64,000 bases of DNA from Eledone cirrhosa (Eukaryota): NCBI GenBank assembly GCA_964016885.1, contig OZ024740.1, positions 315,146,001 to 315,210,000 of the forward strand, given 5' to 3'. Positions 12,421 through 27,299 of the stretch are shown here, piece by piece; the stretch's first letter is position 1; each line of letters opens with the position of its first letter. The notes under the pieces were generated by a model. It saw only the letters and a program-made list of their open reading frames with translations. It had not been told where the DNA came from and did no database searches. Both the position numbers and the translations under genes were made by a program.

Positions 12421-13129
12421 TTATGGTTCATTATCTGTTATGGCTTACAAGCTCTATATGGACGTTTAAATTGATTAAATTAATAAAGAGATTATTAGCA
12501 GTATTTGTTCTGGTGCATTACGTTCTGACTTCAAATTCCACAAAGGTTAGCTTTACCTGTCACTCTTAAGGAGTCGATAAAATAAGTAACGACTTTCCAC
12601 TTTCCCTTCAAATTGCTGGCCTTGTGCCAAATGTAGAAGCAATTATGATATCTCTTGGTGTTTATAAACTTGTGACAGCTCGTCTCTGCCTCGTCTACTG
12701 TAAGGTTCTTATTTTTAATCTGTACAATTAGCATTCTATTCAGTAATTTGTCAATAAGTCGCCGCACTCTATTTTCTGATTGGGGTCACATAACATGTGC
12801 ACCCTAAGGGGCGATATATTCGATTTTTAATCACGAAGCGAAAATTATTTTTTTTAAAACCAATATGGCGACAGGATTTTACCGTACTCCAGTCTTGGAC
12901 AGAAACGATTTCTCCCCTTAAAGCAAAACATCTTCATCACCATCTTTATTGATATGGCCCCTTAAAGCAAAACATCTTCACCACCACCTTTATTGATATG
13001 ACTAACAGTAGCGTCAAGAAGCCAAACAACGACGCCACTAAAACCAACACCAACATCATCACCATGTCCACAGCAACAGGTGCATGTGAAGATGGTGACA
13101 ATAGCGTACAAAGATCAACTGAATTTCAC

Positions 13130-13660
13130 AGAATTACACTAGCTGAAAGCACCACCACTACCATCACTACCCCTACTACCACCTCCACTACTACTACGAC
13201 CACCACTACCATCACTACCCCTACTGCAACCTCCACTACTACTACTACCACCACCACTACCATCACTACCCCTACTACCACCTCTACTACTACTACTACC
13301 ACCATCACTACCCCTACTACCACCTCCACTACTACTACTACTACCACCACTACCATCACTACCCTACTACCACCTCCACTACTACTACCACCACCACTAC
13401 TCCCATCACCTCCCCCACTGCCACCTCCACCACCACTACCACCTCCATCACTACCATCACTACCCCACCGCTACCTCCACCACCACTACCATCACTACCC
13501 CCACTGCTACCTCCACCACCACTACCATCACCACCCCACCTCAACCGTCACTACCCCCACTGTCATCACCACCACCTCCACCACCACTACCCCGACTGTC
13601 ATCTCCACCACCACTACCACCTCCACCACCACTACTACCACTCCACCACCACAATCCCCG
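13130..13660. repeat. (ACC/ACT)n low-complexity minisatellite
   Basis: Repeats of accatcactacccctactaccacctccactactact; gives spurious Thr/Pro/His ORFs. Confidence 0.9.
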
Positions 13661-15127
13661 CTTTAACAGGCGAAAAGATTCCGCTAACGCTAACTGCTGA
13701 ACCAAACAGCAACATTTCATACTCTGCGCAGTTTTGAAACTGACCGAAGGCAGTAAAAGCAACATCGCTCAAGTAGTTGCAAACAAGTGTTTCCCTTACG
13801 AGCGGCATAAATATTTTGGAAAAATACATCAGAGATAAAGAAGAACTGAAGGAGGTTAGACATGTGGCCCACATAAATGGCCGGTGAGTGGCCTTGAACA
13901 CTTCATCAGACGTGATGGAACTTACACAACGATGTACGGTAACATACCACTCTACACCAGAGTGAAATCATGTCAAGTGGTACGACCAAGTGAAGGCCAA
14001 ATTAAAACATTCCTGTTCCGTGTATGTGTTGGGGGTGGGACACACACACACACACCCACAACATTCACATCACCCGAAGAAAGAAATATGGAACGGTGGG
14101 AGTGAGGTTTGCCAGAGAGACAGAGGCGAGAGCACATTTCTTCATACTTCTGAGGAGTGAGGATTTAATACTCTTATTGCGGTCAGAGAGTGACAAAATT
14201 AAGAGACACCCAAGTGCCATCGGAGATAGTTCTTCTTTGGTTATTAGTGACTGTCTACTTGTTCAATATTTCTATTTTTATTAGTAGTGGTGTGATTTCA
14301 TGGAGTGTTCGTTCTTTTAGATGTTATGTTTTAATTTCTGGTATTTTTTTGTTTTCAGTATGTATCATATGTTCGCTTCGTCTCTTAAGGCGCAACTTCT
14401 TATCAAACCGTGGGATATTTTTCTTCAAACATTTTATACGAATACACTAGTCTATTATCGTTTTTAGGATTGGCCCTTACCATACAATGTACATATAAGA
14501 TAGAAACATATTCCTTTCCTGTCCATTTATGTCTTTTCAATTTTATATGTGGCATCTGAGGAGTAAAGTCCGGCCCTTCTTTACAATGCCATCTTTTTCA
14601 AAGAACACTGGTTTGTTTCTAAGTTTGCACATTTTTGCATACAAAAGTATTCATACACTTTTTTCTTAAATTCAAAGTACGTACCTTCATATTTATAATC
14701 GACCAAACCTTAGATCTCGACGGCGTCAGACAGAGAAAGGAAGCAATCGGTCGTCCCGATATTAGGCTAATTTCCCCTCCTCTACGTAACGGGTGGTAGT
14801 GTATGGATTTGTGGCCGAGCAACAAGGCTAGAGGTGCATTAACATTATCATACAACACACCAATAGTAAGTAGGTTTGTAGGATACTGAGCAATAGAGTC
14901 GCTGTGTGTGTAATTGAGTGTGTAATTTGTACGTGATGGGGAATATAGAGTAGAGATAGACAGTGTAAAGTTGGGGCCTAGGGAGGTATATGAAAACCTA
15001 CAAACACTCATGCACGTGTACACGTGTATCATAGTGTGACACAGTTTCGTATCTAAACATAAAACCAGGCAAGCATATAAAAATATTTACAAAAGCAAAA
15101 TCAATCAATCGATCGGTATATATATTT

Positions 15128-15165
<38 letters not shown>

Positions 15166-15204
15166 GATGATGATGAATCTAAGTGTGGGGATATTATACA
15201 CACT

Positions 15205-15236
<32 letters not shown>

Positions 15237-15402
15237 CATATACATACATATACATATACAAATATATATACATGTATATATTTACGTACAGACATACATT
15301 TAGATACACATGTATGTGCGTGTGTTTATTTACACAATTGCAGATATATTCGAGACACACGCATGCACACACACATACATTCTCTCTCTCTCACGCACAC
15401 GC

Positions 15403-15484
<82 letters not shown>

Positions 15485-15676
15485 GTTTATGCTTACACTA
15501 CAACATGCCTGTTGGCAGCCATGTGTTGCTGTTTTATATGGAATTCACGTTGAGCCCACAGATCAATATAATAAAACAAGAATAAATATAGAAGTTTGAA
15601 ACTCTTTCTAATGTATATAGGGTGTCCTGGAAAACTTTCAGGAGTAGCTATCGATATATTAGTTATTGGAGAATTG

Positions 15677-16012
15677 TATCTGCCTACTTGGAGTGACTCT
15701 CTGATCTCCGAACTATGTACTCTATCGAATTGAGAGATCAAAGCTCCGATATTACGGGCATGGGGTCTCAAGAAAGAATCGCTGGACAAATTTTACGGGC
15801 AAAACCAAGCAACAGGAGACGCAGGGGTAGATCCCAAGCAAGATGTTTGGATAACATCCATGAGCTTGGCTGGTCTCGCTTGGGAATCCAGAATCCAGCC
15901 GGATCAGTTGAAGACGGTTGCTTCTGAGAGGAGTCCCTGGAAATAGTGTTTGAGGACTCTTCCCCCACGACCCTCTCAGGAATAAGTGAGTAAAGAAGAA
16001 GAAGAAGAAGAA
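15677..16012 (+). mobile_element. RTE (Rex3/Expander-like) LINE 3' fragment with (GAA)n tail and a 5' inverted segment
   Basis: SQERIAGQILRAKPSNRRRRGRSQARCLDNI on + strand; DRVHSSEIRESLQV on - strand at ~15677-15730; relatives at 37520-37780 and 48295-48610. Confidence 0.65.
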
Positions 16013-16339
16013 TCTGCCTAAACCGAGGCCATATTGAGCATCAGGTGGCGCTAGGTACATTATTCATCCTTTAAAGAATAAAAGTGGGGTTTAAAACATC
16101 ATATATGCAAGGATAAAATAAAATAAAAAAAGAATGCAACTGCAACAACTACAACAATAAAAAAGCACAGCAATAACAACAATAATAACAGCAGCATCAG
16201 GCAATGATAACTTCCGTGGGATTGAGCATGCGCTAATATAAAGACTTCGTTGGTGAACAGTACAATTGTATGCTTCTTGATTAGTTACAGTAAATATTTA
16301 ATTAATGCTTATGCAAGTCAATGAAACAGGAAAGTCGGG

Positions 16340-16400
<61 letters not shown>

Positions 16401-17436
16401 TAATAAAAGAACAACACAAACACCATCATCATCATCATCAACAACAATTACATCTACAACAAAAAAGAAACCAATAGTTTTGAATTAGTCATAGAAACCG
16501 TTCGCTTGTTTTTCCCTATTTTTTCTTACTTTTTTTTTTTCACAGTCGTTCCATTGTCATTGTCTATTTCTATTCGAGCGAGAAAACTAGCCCCTACACA
16601 CTTGTTTCTGCCCTTTTTATTGTCTTCTATGAAAAGTCGATGGGTTTTTACCTGTGAAGCTACTACAGACGAGCTTCATTCATTCTCATATCCATACTGG
16701 ACTGGGTAGTTGGCTATAATAATTTGCAATGGCTTTGTTAACGAATAAGAGACCGGAATTCAGTCCGCGGTATTGTGAAACGGGTACCAGGTAAATAAGG
16801 GGTGGGGGAGTGGGTAGTAAAAAATTAGGGAAATGTGAGATGAGTTTTGATGGAATAGAGTTAGAGTGCGTGTTAGAATTGGTAAAATAAATTGGTTATT
16901 GTCTCTGTTGTTGTTGGTGCTGTTGTTGTTGTGGTTGTTGTGGTTATTTAACCTCATATCAGCCATGAACAAGCAGACTTATGATTAAAAGCGTTCCCGC
17001 AGTAAACCCCAACCCCGTCACTGTCCTCACCCCTTTTAATCAAGTATTAACTACACTGGACCACGATAATCAATGTGTCTTCTTTTAAAACAGTAGAGGG
17101 AGATTAGTGGGAAATTTGGCTTCTATTTCTAGCAGGCCAAGTAATTACGTAGTGGCTCGTCATAATCGGTTAAACAAAATTAAGGTAGATGTGAGAACTG
17201 GAAGGTTGAGTCTGTGTTAATATTGGTATACTATAGTGATGGTATGCGTTATTACTATAGTGAAGTTATGTGTTAGTATTGGTATACTATAGTGATGGTA
17301 TGTATTAGTATTGGTGATGGCGTGTGTTAGTATTGATAGAATAGAGTGTGTGTCAGAATAGATGAGATAATGAAGCTGATAGAAAATGAAAGTAGTTTTG
17401 TATCTCAGTCGATTTTTTAGTTCTGGCACTGTTTAA

Positions 17437-17805
17437 TGTCTATAAAAAGTGGACAGGTACGGTGATGTGTTCTGTCCACTGTCCACTCTACTGTCTGTAA
17501 AAGATGGACAGGTATGGTGATGTGTTCTGTCCACTGTCCACTCTACTGTCTGTAAAAGATGGACAGGTATGGTGATGTGTTCTTCCAACTGTCCACTGCA
17601 CTGTCTATAAAAGTGCGACAGGTATCGTGATATGTTCTGTCCACTGTCCACTACTGTCTATAAAAAGCGGACAGGTGTGATGACGTGTTCTGTCCACTGT
17701 CCACTCTACTTCTATAACCAGTGGGCAGGTGGTGTGGTGACACGTTCTATCCACTGCCCACTCTACAGTCTATAACCAGTGAACAGGTGTGGTGATGTGT
17801 TCTTC
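17437..17805. repeat. Tandem repeat, 55-bp unit, ~6-7 copies
   Basis: Unit ctgtctgtaaaagatggacaggtatggtgatgtgttctgtccactgtccactcta with internal TGGACAG/CTGTCCA inversion. Confidence 0.9.
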
Positions 17806-17860
17806 CATTATGTTAAAATCCAACAAGTCGGGGTGACATCTATCCTACCATTATTTACGG

Positions 17861-18045
17861 TGGATTGGCAGTATCAGTAGAGTGTCGGATGCCATGCTTT
17901 CCAGCATAGTTACGTCCCTTTACGATCTGAGTTCAAATCCCGCCGAGGTTGACTTTGCCTTTCATCCTTACGGGGTCGATAAAATAAAGTACCAGTAATG
18001 CACTGGGTAATTGCTGGCCTTGTGCCTAAAGTAGAAACAATTATT
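17861..18045 (+). mobile_element. SINE with Meta-domain-like core
   Basis: Near-identical to 20167-20356(-), 32147-32328(+), 43998-44113(+), 44494-44708(-), 47372-47553(+), 54812-54996(-); degraded copies at 12510, 20520-20950, 42455-42750. Confidence 0.85.
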
Positions 18046-19009
18046 TATTCACGTCTATATTGAAATTGAACCCAAAATAACCTGGTTGTTGCACTTTTTT
18101 TAATTTCTAAATATTGAGAATTTATGCAGTTTATTACCTTCATTTACGTAAAAGAGTCTTCTTCACCCCCTCCAACCCCCACAAAAGGATCTATACATTT
18201 TATTACGGCTTAGTCGGAAGAGCTCCCATGACCTCTTTGCAAGATACGATACTACTGGGAGAATAGAGGGCGAAACGGGAGACCTGGTGTAAATATATGT
18301 AACAATGAACGTTGTTTAAGGCATCCAAAGACAAGTAGAGACATTAAACCAGGCAACAGATTAAGTCTACTATCCAAGTATAGGCACAATTCATCTGATA
18401 AGTTTACCCACATTTTCCATCTATTGAAATTAATTCGCACAGATTGATAGAAGAAAGGCACTTTCTCAAAGTTCCAGACAATGGGATCGAACCAGGAAGC
18501 ATGGAATTGTAAAGCAGACTTCTTAACCAGAGAGTATTGAGTAATTAATGGTATCCATAAATGGGCGATTAGCTCCTACTTTAGAAAATGGAAAAATGAG
18601 ATTTATTACGTTCTTACATTTACCCACTCTACGAAGCTAAGTGACGTAAGTGAAGCGAATTGTTATCTATAAACGGAATTCCTGAACTCAATTCGACGTG
18701 GACTTAACTCCATTATATTATCTCCACGGTGATCAATCTCAAATGATAAACTTTCTACACCATTTGCAAGTTAGAGATCATAATTTGATCAAAGTTATTG
18801 TGAATGTTTGCCGAAGGCAGTCATTTGAGATATGTAGAAGTATCACGTGATATAAATGATATTTGGATGAGTTCCATTAAGCATTTCATGAAAGTCGCCC
18901 AAATATATATTCCAAAATGTTATCAAGCAGGCTTGGAACCTAAGGATAGTGATGTGATGTATCTCGATTAGAGATATAAAAATTATATATACACAGCTGA
19001 ACAAGCACA

Positions 19010-19058
<49 letters not shown>

Positions 19059-19138
19059 ATAATAATTAATTTGAAGACTAAAATCCAAAGAGGGCTCGAT
19101 AAGGATAAATATATATCAAATATATAAGAACCGTAGCA

Positions 19139-19177
<39 letters not shown>

Positions 19178-19350
19178 AATATGTATCATATATGTTCCCA
19201 CATACATACAAACGAACATACATAATTACAAACATACATAATTACATACATACATAATTGCATGCATGCATACATAATTACATACATATATAATTGCATG
19301 CATACATGCATACATACATACACACACATACATATATGCATACATACATA

Positions 19351-19810
19351 CATGGTGGCTGCCAACTCGTTTTCGAGTACGGCCACTACTTTATATCCAT
19401 GTAGGAGAACCCCTAACGATACGCTGAACGAGTGTGACTTTTTAGTCCAGCCAGCGACTTGAAAACTCTGGTACAAACATTACACTTGTGACAATTATTG
19501 ACACATAGTGCTGGGCCCATGGTACCATGTGACGACAAGTGCAGAGAGGTCTCCAGATATAAAGCAATGCCTGTGCCGTGAAGCTTTTATAGTGAGCAAA
19601 GGCACTGCACAAAGCCAGTCCCACTCTCTTAACCAAGATGATATTTACCAAAAAGAAGAACAAGTCAACATCATTGGATACCATCAGGGTTGCAGGTGTT
19701 ATATCAGAGTTTTCCTTCTAGAATTCTGCCTTGACAAAGGCTAAGGGGTCATCTCTCCCGGTGATTTTGGTTGACAATTGACTCTTAAGGGCTCCTTTGC
19801 CCTTTGGGCA
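19351..19810 (-). mobile_element. Non-autonomous RTE-derived short element, subfamily 1, with (TATG)n tail
   Basis: Highly similar to 45148-45695, 59888-60297 and 60393-60962; encodes C2H2 remnant C.VCTRVFKSLAGLKSHTRSA. Confidence 0.8.
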
Positions 19811-20045
19811 TACATACATACACACATACACACATAAGCTTAATGGTTCAAAGATCCTAGCCGGTATTTGGGAGATACGAGATTCGATTCCACGTAGCGG
19901 CTGATGCCAACTTCTTTTCCCGTCTTTAAGGATCTTCACCATATTTCATATGCTATTTTATAGCATCTCTGCGTATGAGCACACAACACTTTTTATCAAA
20001 TTTATTCCCTCGGCATTTCGCAAAAGTGCGAGAAATCGGCTTCGT

Positions 20046-20077
<32 letters not shown>

Positions 20078-20166
20078 TCACAAAAGTCCGGGAGAAATAT
20101 ACATCACATGTTTGTTTATTATATCATGCTGTACCTCAATGACATGCACCCACAGAACACATAATT

Positions 20167-20356
20167 ATAATTGTTTCTACTTTAGGCATAAGGCCAGCAA
20201 TTACCCAGTACATTACTGGTACTTTATTTTATCGACCCCGTAAGGATGAAAGGCAAAGTTAACCTCGGCGGGATTTGAACTCAGACTGTAAAGGGGCGTA
20301 ACTATGTTAGAAAACATGGCGTCCAACCCTCTACCGATACTGCCAATTCACCGCCC
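20167..20356 (-). mobile_element. SINE with Meta-domain-like core
   Basis: Reverse complement of the 17861-18045 family. Confidence 0.85.
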
Positions 20357-21482
20357 TTATTATAATGTGTAACAAATGGTATTAATATTAGTGGATCAAT
20401 GAATTCAATCTGGTTGGATTAATTTGATCTTTATTTATCTTCCTGGTATCACAGAAGTTTTGAAAGCTCTCTCACGAAACTATCGCAACAATGTGATTCT
20501 GAGAGAATGAGGGAAAGAGGAGAGTTAATCCAGTATTTGACTGGTATCTTTTTTAATCGACATCAAATGGATGAAATTTACATTTAACTTTAGTGAGATT
20601 TGAACTCAGAACGCTGAGAATCAGATCAAATACCACAAGACATCTTATCCGTGACTCTAACGATTTAGCAAGCTTGCGGTACTTCGATATAATTCTATAC
20701 ATTCTGAGTTCAAATCATACCGGTAGTAAATTTATCTTTCATCTTTCTGGTGTTGATGAAATTAATATCAACCAAATACTGAGTATGTGAGGTTCAGGAT
20801 TCAGTTGAAGTCGTGTGTCACTGGAAATAATCATTATTCAGTTTCAGAGTAAGTTTAAATCCCACCGAAGTCAGCTTGCCTTTCACCTTTATAGTAACGC
20901 ACTAGGGTTTATTTCATTAAACTTTTCTTTCCCACCAAATTGTTGGCCTTGAACTTTTCAGCCGGCCTTCGTAGTATATTGTCTGAGATGTTCAGATAGT
21001 AGTGACAATAGTTGAAGATGTGGACGAATTAGGATGGTGATGTTTGTGAACTGAGAACACTTGGATGTGTTGTGGGTAGTTTATTGACTTAGAACAGTTT
21101 AAGAAATGCATCTCTGTACATACCTGTCTGAAATATATATCTTATTAAACGCAACACCCTATGTACATCTAGCACTCTACACATGGCTTATAAATTAAAC
21201 AATGTGTTTAATATAACACACCATAACAATCTATCTATAAAATGCAGACGGTATTAGTTCGCAATTTTCAACTGCTAATTTTACACATATTTTTGTTTTA
21301 TTTTCGTTGTCGGTCTTATTTCATTTATTTATTATTATTTTATTTATTTATTTATTTATTTTTTTTTTGCTTGAAAACAATTATACATCTATAAGATATA
21401 AGATACAATGCATTAGACACATTAAAACACAGACTTCACTTCATATATACATATCCCCATGTGTGTGTGTGTGTGTGTGTGT

Positions 21483-21765
21483 CGGTGTAACTTGGTCGAA
21501 TACTTAAGAAGAAATTATTTAACGAAATCACTTAACCTTTAACTCTACAAAATACTTCAGCACTGTTGGTAAAGTCACTGCCACGTCTCTCCCGCTCTCC
21601 CCATCTCTCACCGGCGGAGGGAATAGAGAAGGCGTTTCCTCGGAGTATTGCTGGAAGACATTCCAGCTCGCGAGGCTCATGCCTGTGGGTAGCCAACACA
21701 GTACCGATGGTGGTGAGTATGGAGGTAGTCCTAGGGCCAAGGACACCAGATGTCTCCACTATACA
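21483..21765 (-). mobile_element. CRE-like (RLE-type) non-LTR retrotransposon 3' remnant
   Basis: VETSGVLGPRTTSILTTIG..LA..RHEPRELE..AILRGNAFSI matches the CRE-clade C-terminal VET.G..G...EPRE...QR.S.AI.RGNA pattern; abuts (GT)n. Confidence 0.7.
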
Positions 21766-22159
21766 AACACACAACATAACCTTACACATCCGGCCTGTAA
21801 CAAATCACGTATATAACAAAACAAACAAACAAAAAGAAAGCAAATGGCTGTGTGAATAAAGCAACATGTAGGTGGTCATCTGTCATAGGTGTTGTATCGA
21901 TTCCTTGACCAACACTAAATCTACACTTTCAATGGCCTCCATCCACTAAACCGTAAACAAATATAATAATTAGCTGAAATGATTAATTTGTCTCAGTTGA
22001 GTGGAATTTGTCGGTAACATATCGACTTACAGATCAGAGTTCATTTCATTGGGAAGAAAAACCTGCTTACCATAGAACACTATTTTATAGTTTGCATACC
22101 ATATAAATGTTCATGAATCTGAAAGTGTTTTAGTAAACCAACTACCAACCCGATTCAAT

Positions 22160-22652
22160 TTCTGGTACGGGGATGACGGACGTCAGCAGGCTGTACAACC
22201 TGTGCATGGTCAGCGACTAAACCAGCAACCTCACCAAGCTGGTGATTTTGGACACCCCGCGAGATGAAAAACAAAACCAGTCTAAGGGCGGAGGAACTCA
22301 CGAGAGAGAGCCCCTAGCGAGAGACCCCCTAGTCTTCATTAAGACATCTCTCTAGGAGAAGGTTACTCTGATATAAATCCAGTGACTTCATTTACAACCA
22401 AGGAAGTAGATCAGTTCTTCTTTTTGGGCAAATGCATTTGATGTTCAGAGAGTGGGATGTGGCTCCATGCAAAGCCATTCCTCACTTAAAAAAGCTATAA
22501 GCACAGGCATCGCTTGACATGTGACATTTTTTGCGATGCATGGTATAGCTGGTCATAGGTAAATCCCTAGCTGTACTAAAACACCACATCCGTGAGGCTC
22601 ATGCTTAAGTATCAAGCGATGGCATTACTCGAAATCGAGTCGCAGCCATCAT
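22160..22652 (+). mobile_element. Divergent member of the RTE-derived short element family
   Basis: Shares gtacaacctgt..catgg..gcgactaaa, ctaggagaagg..actctgatataa, cagagagtggga and the 3' actcgaaatcgag..gcagccatcat. Confidence 0.6.
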
Positions 22653-22882
22653 ATATATAATAAGAAAATGCGAAGTAGTTTCAGATATTAAAGTCCTTGA
22701 TTGATAAGGCTTTGATACATATTCCAATGACCACAGTGGTCACACGATTCCGCCTAACCTGTGCCATCATCTCACCAGACAGCTTCTTACAAAATAAGGT
22801 TACGTTCTCGAGGCAATCCAAATTAAAACGACAAAGGAAGGACAAAGGTGATGTTTATGAATCCTTCACCCGTTCCCATTGT

Positions 22883-22989
<107 letters not shown>

Positions 22990-23437
22990 GTGTGTGCATG
23001 TGTGTGTGTGTGTGTGTATCATCTGTTGAATACTGAAACACGTGCACAACTATATATAAACGCATGTGTAGCAGGTCATATTTGGTCCATAATAATCCAC
23101 TGCTTAAACACAATCCATGTACCATTCACGGCGAGCAAATGAAGAATAACCATGTGAAATAGAAAAGTAACAGGTAATAGTACATCGTACCTCTGATGAC
23201 CTAATCTTGTTCATTAGTCTATATCATTCAAATCTTCCTTCCGTCTTACCTTCCCCCGTTATTTCCGCTCAACTCATTACTTTTCCCCGCCTCTTAGATT
23301 ATATATTAATTTCAATGTTTACCCTGAATAGTCTTAGGTTTCTGTAGCCACATACATTCCTGTCTTCTTCTGCAACTTACCCGTGTGTAGTGCAAACTTG
23401 ACGGCTGAAACTGATATATATATATATATATATATAT

Positions 23438-23680
23438 ATTGTTATGTGTTGGGAGGGTCATGTTGCCAATAAGAAACACACGCACCAGTTGCTTTCACTT
23501 CAATTTATTATAAATTAAATTTATAAATTTAAGAATTTATAAATTTCCGGTTGGTTGGTTGGTTCCACTACTAGACGATTGTTCATATATTGTCAAAGTT
23601 CTTTCGTCACACATTCTGTGAACTCTTCAGTGACTGGGGATTCTTTTCTTTGTTTTTGTGCCTCTCCTTTGTTCTGTCCA
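23438..23680 (-). mobile_element. Family A element, single arm; hammerhead at 23592-23634 (-) with a stem II mismatch
   Basis: Homologous to 2078-2324; gtcaaagttctttcgtcacac..gaactcttcagtgac. Confidence 0.75.
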
Positions 23681-23922
23681 ATTATTCCATTTACCAAAGG
23701 TTTCACGAAGACAGGCGAGCTCAACAGAGACGTCTGAAATCGTTCATCAGAAAATTTTCATTCTGATGAACGATTTCAGACGTCTCTGTTGAGTTCGCCT
23801 GTCTTCGTGAAACGTTTGGTAAATGGAATAATTGTATTATGTTGTTTATTACATAATTAAAGAGCTCTGTAGCATACATAGAGCACTCTCCCTTCCTTTA
23901 CCCTTTCTATGGAAATACTTCA
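23679..23922. mobile_element. Fold-back hammerhead element, family C
   Basis: Inverted arms 23679-23752/23761-23833; tail (tacatagagcactct..ggaaat) homologous to 48959-49060. Confidence 0.8.
23756..23828 (+). ncRNA. Type I hammerhead ribozyme (family C)
   Basis: TTTCATT CTGATGA ACGA...TCGT GAAA CGTTTGG TA AATGGAA; GUA cleavage triplet; mirror arm has CC-TTT-GG stem III. Confidence 0.75.
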
Positions 23923-23944
23923 TATATATACATATACATATATA

Positions 23945-24124
23945 GTTCTTAGGCTAACTATGAAGGATTCATGATAGAGCTGTGAAATCTTGCATGCATT
24001 AATTTCAACTTATATTACTAGCTGCATTGTTCCGTTCCAGGGACTATGTTGAAAAATAAACCTCATTTGGTCATTCCATGAGAGTATTTTGGTCAGCCTA
24101 TCTTCTTTTCAGCCAAATCTCGTG
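23945..24124 (-). mobile_element. Tc1/mariner-type MITE
   Basis: Reverse complement of the 12219-12420 family. Confidence 0.65.
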
Positions 24125-24686
24125 TGTATATATATAAATAAATATATATATACATGTGTGTGTATGTGTGCATGTATCTATATATATATATATACATGTA
24201 CGCACACGCGCCCATATACATAAATACCATTCTCGTTATTAAATGGTTTAATAGCATTAGCAATAAGCATCTTTATACATTTTCTAAGTTTGACATTATC
24301 AAATTTAACTTTTCCATAACTAAATATTTATTACAAAGTGTACTTGGTGCTATTCGTTGCCAGGGATTATATGTCAATCAATAAATCCTGTATTAAAATA
24401 ATTTTACATAATGTTGTATGAGTGATAATGTAGTTGTTCAAATTCTGCTGAAATTCGCAGATCTTTACATTTTACAATATCTATCTATCTATCTATCTAA
24501 GGCGGGTAAAATTCCCGAGATCCATGGACGAGTTCTCTCCAGCGGTCTCTGTCCCTCATTATCGCTGCCATTTCCTGCGTCTCCAACAGACCAGTGTCTG
24601 TCCTTAGGGCATCAACATACGTTAACCTTGATCTTCCTCTTAACGTAACGATATATTATCACTACATTATTGATAACCTGAAATTT

Positions 24687-24718
<32 letters not shown>

Positions 24719-24733
24719 TGCGATATATATTTT

Positions 24734-24801
<68 letters not shown>

Positions 24802-24835
24802 ATATATTATGCATATATATGCATATATGTATAAA

Positions 24836-24899
<64 letters not shown>

Positions 24900-25032
24900 A
24901 TGCTTTGGGAGGGTCATGTTGCCAAATAAGAAACACGCGCACCAGTTGCTTTCACTCCAATTTATTATAAATTAAATTTATAAATTTCCGGTTGGTTGGT
25001 TGGTTCCATAACCGGACGATTGTTCATATATT

Positions 25033-25075
25033 GTCAAAGTTCTTTCGTCACACATTCTGTGACCTCTTCAGTGAC
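25033..25075 (-). ncRNA. Type I hammerhead ribozyme (family A, mirror copy)
   Basis: Reverse complement of 25187-25229. Confidence 0.7.
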
Positions 25076-25186
25076 TGGGATTCTTTTCTTTGTTTTTGTG
25101 CCGCTCCTTTGTTCTGTACTACGCCATCTGTTTGGCGTAGGACAGAACAAAGGAGAGGCACAAAACAAAAAAAGAAAGAATCCCCA

Positions 25187-25229
25187 GTCACTGAAGAGGT
25201 CACAGAATGTGTGACGAAAGAACTTTGAC
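25187..25229 (+). ncRNA. Type I hammerhead ribozyme (family A)
   Basis: GTCA CTGAAGA G GTCACA-gaatg-TGTGAC GAAA GAAC TT TGAC. Confidence 0.7.
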
Positions 25230-25726
25230 AATATATGAACAATCGTCCGGTTATGGAACCAACCAACCAACCGGAATTTTTATAAATTTAATTTATAATA
25301 AATTGGAGTGAAAGCAACTGGTGCGTGTTTCTTATTGGCAACATGACCCTCCCAAAGCATAACAATATCGGTTTTCAACACACGTTTCCAGATAAAGAAT
25401 CTTGCTAAACAAATTCAGAAACGAAATATATATATATATATATATATATTTAACTAGAAATTGATTAACATATAAATAAACATGAATAATCACAGGAGAT
25501 AATTTTTACAAGTGTGTAACGACACATGGCTAGGTAGGTAACTAAATAAAGTTGACCAGAACTTCAAAAATAGATACCTTATAATATGATTAATCTTTCC
25601 TGTATATATTCCACTAAAGAAATATATTTCACCTATTAATTGGATGGTAAACCACGAAAGTGGGGGGCTTGGATTTTCAACAAGGAAGAAGTTCCAGCAA
25701 TCCGTGTTTACACTTCAAGTAATTTT

Positions 25727-25814
<88 letters not shown>

Positions 25815-25817
25815 ATA

Positions 25818-25861
<44 letters not shown>

Positions 25862-26071
25862 TTATATATATAATATATATATATATTTATATATATATTT
25901 ATATATATATTTATATATATATATTTATATATATATATTTATATATATATACATATATTTATATATATATATATTTATATATTTATATATATATATATTT
26001 ATATATTTATATATATATATATATATTTATATATTTATATATATATATATTTATATATATATATTTATATA

Positions 26072-26450
26072 GATTTAGAGTTTATGTTGGTTGTATTACC
26101 AACACCTCAGTATGCAGGCTGGAGCACTCGACGAAGTGCGCAGGTTGGTTTGGTTACTCCGGAGTAGTGTAAAATAAAGTTAAATAAAAGTCAAATGATT
26201 AAAATTTAGCTTCGTTTATTACTGCTATATATTATTTCAGTGACAGCCATCTTTGGCTGTGACCTCTTCAGGCAGTTTGAATTAGTATGGTATAGACAAT
26301 GTATATAACATATGTACTTGTCTATACCATACTAATTCAAACTGCCTGAAGAGGTCACAGCCAAAGTTGCTGTCACTGTGATATATTAGAGCATGTATAA
26401 ACGAAGCTAGAATTTGAATCATTTGACTTTTTATTAACTTTATTTTATAT
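26072..26450. mobile_element. Fold-back hammerhead element, family D
   Basis: Inverted arms ~26170-26300/26319-26450; left tail 26072-26170; right-arm ribozyme has lost GAAA; homologous to 29358-29482 and 51515-51574. Confidence 0.8.
26221..26276 (-). ncRNA. Type I hammerhead ribozyme (family D)
   Basis: Reverse strand: ACTGC CTGAAGA GGTcACAGCC-aaagat-GGCTGTcACT GAAA TAATATA TA GCAGT. Confidence 0.8.
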
Positions 26451-26845
26451 ATTTGATATAGTATGATATTTTATAGATATATATTTATTATATATAGTTT
26501 ATATATAATTAATATAATATATATATATAATATATATTTATATATATATATATTTATATATATATATTTATATATATATATTTATATATATATATTTATA
26601 TATATATATATTTATATATATATTATTTATATATATATAATTTATATATATATATTTACTATATATATATTTATATATATATATATTTATAATATATAAT
26701 ATATTTATATTATATATATTTATATATATATATATTTTATATATATATATATTTATATATATATATTTATATATATATATTTATATATATATTATATATT
26801 ATATATATATATATATTTATATATATATTTATATATATATATATT

Positions 26846-26880
<35 letters not shown>

Positions 26881-26958
26881 TTATATATATATATATTTAT
26901 ATATTATATATATATATTTATATATATATAATATATATTTATATATATATATATAATA

Positions 26959-27121
<163 letters not shown>

Positions 27122-27140
27122 TATATATACTATATATATA

Positions 27141-27199
<59 letters not shown>

Positions 27200-27299
27200 A
27201 TATATATATATTATATATAGTATATATAAATATATATATAATATAATATATATATATAATATATATATATAATATATAATATATTTATTATATATATAT

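Larger units (their letters stand above)
24893..25427. mobile_element. Fold-back hammerhead element, family A
   Basis: ~230-bp inverted arms centred on tacgcca-tctgtt-tggcgta; right arm carries the same tail as 2021-2078. Confidence 0.85.

Noticed and set aside
12998-13666. Mucin-like Thr/Pro-rich ORF (222 aa)
   Set aside because: Translation of an ACC/ACT minisatellite that shifts between Thr, Pro and His runs; no signal peptide or splice evidence
23185-23225. CTGATGA hammerhead candidate (also 37990-38020 on the minus strand)
   Set aside because: No GAAA partner at 23185; no stem I or NUH triplet at 37990
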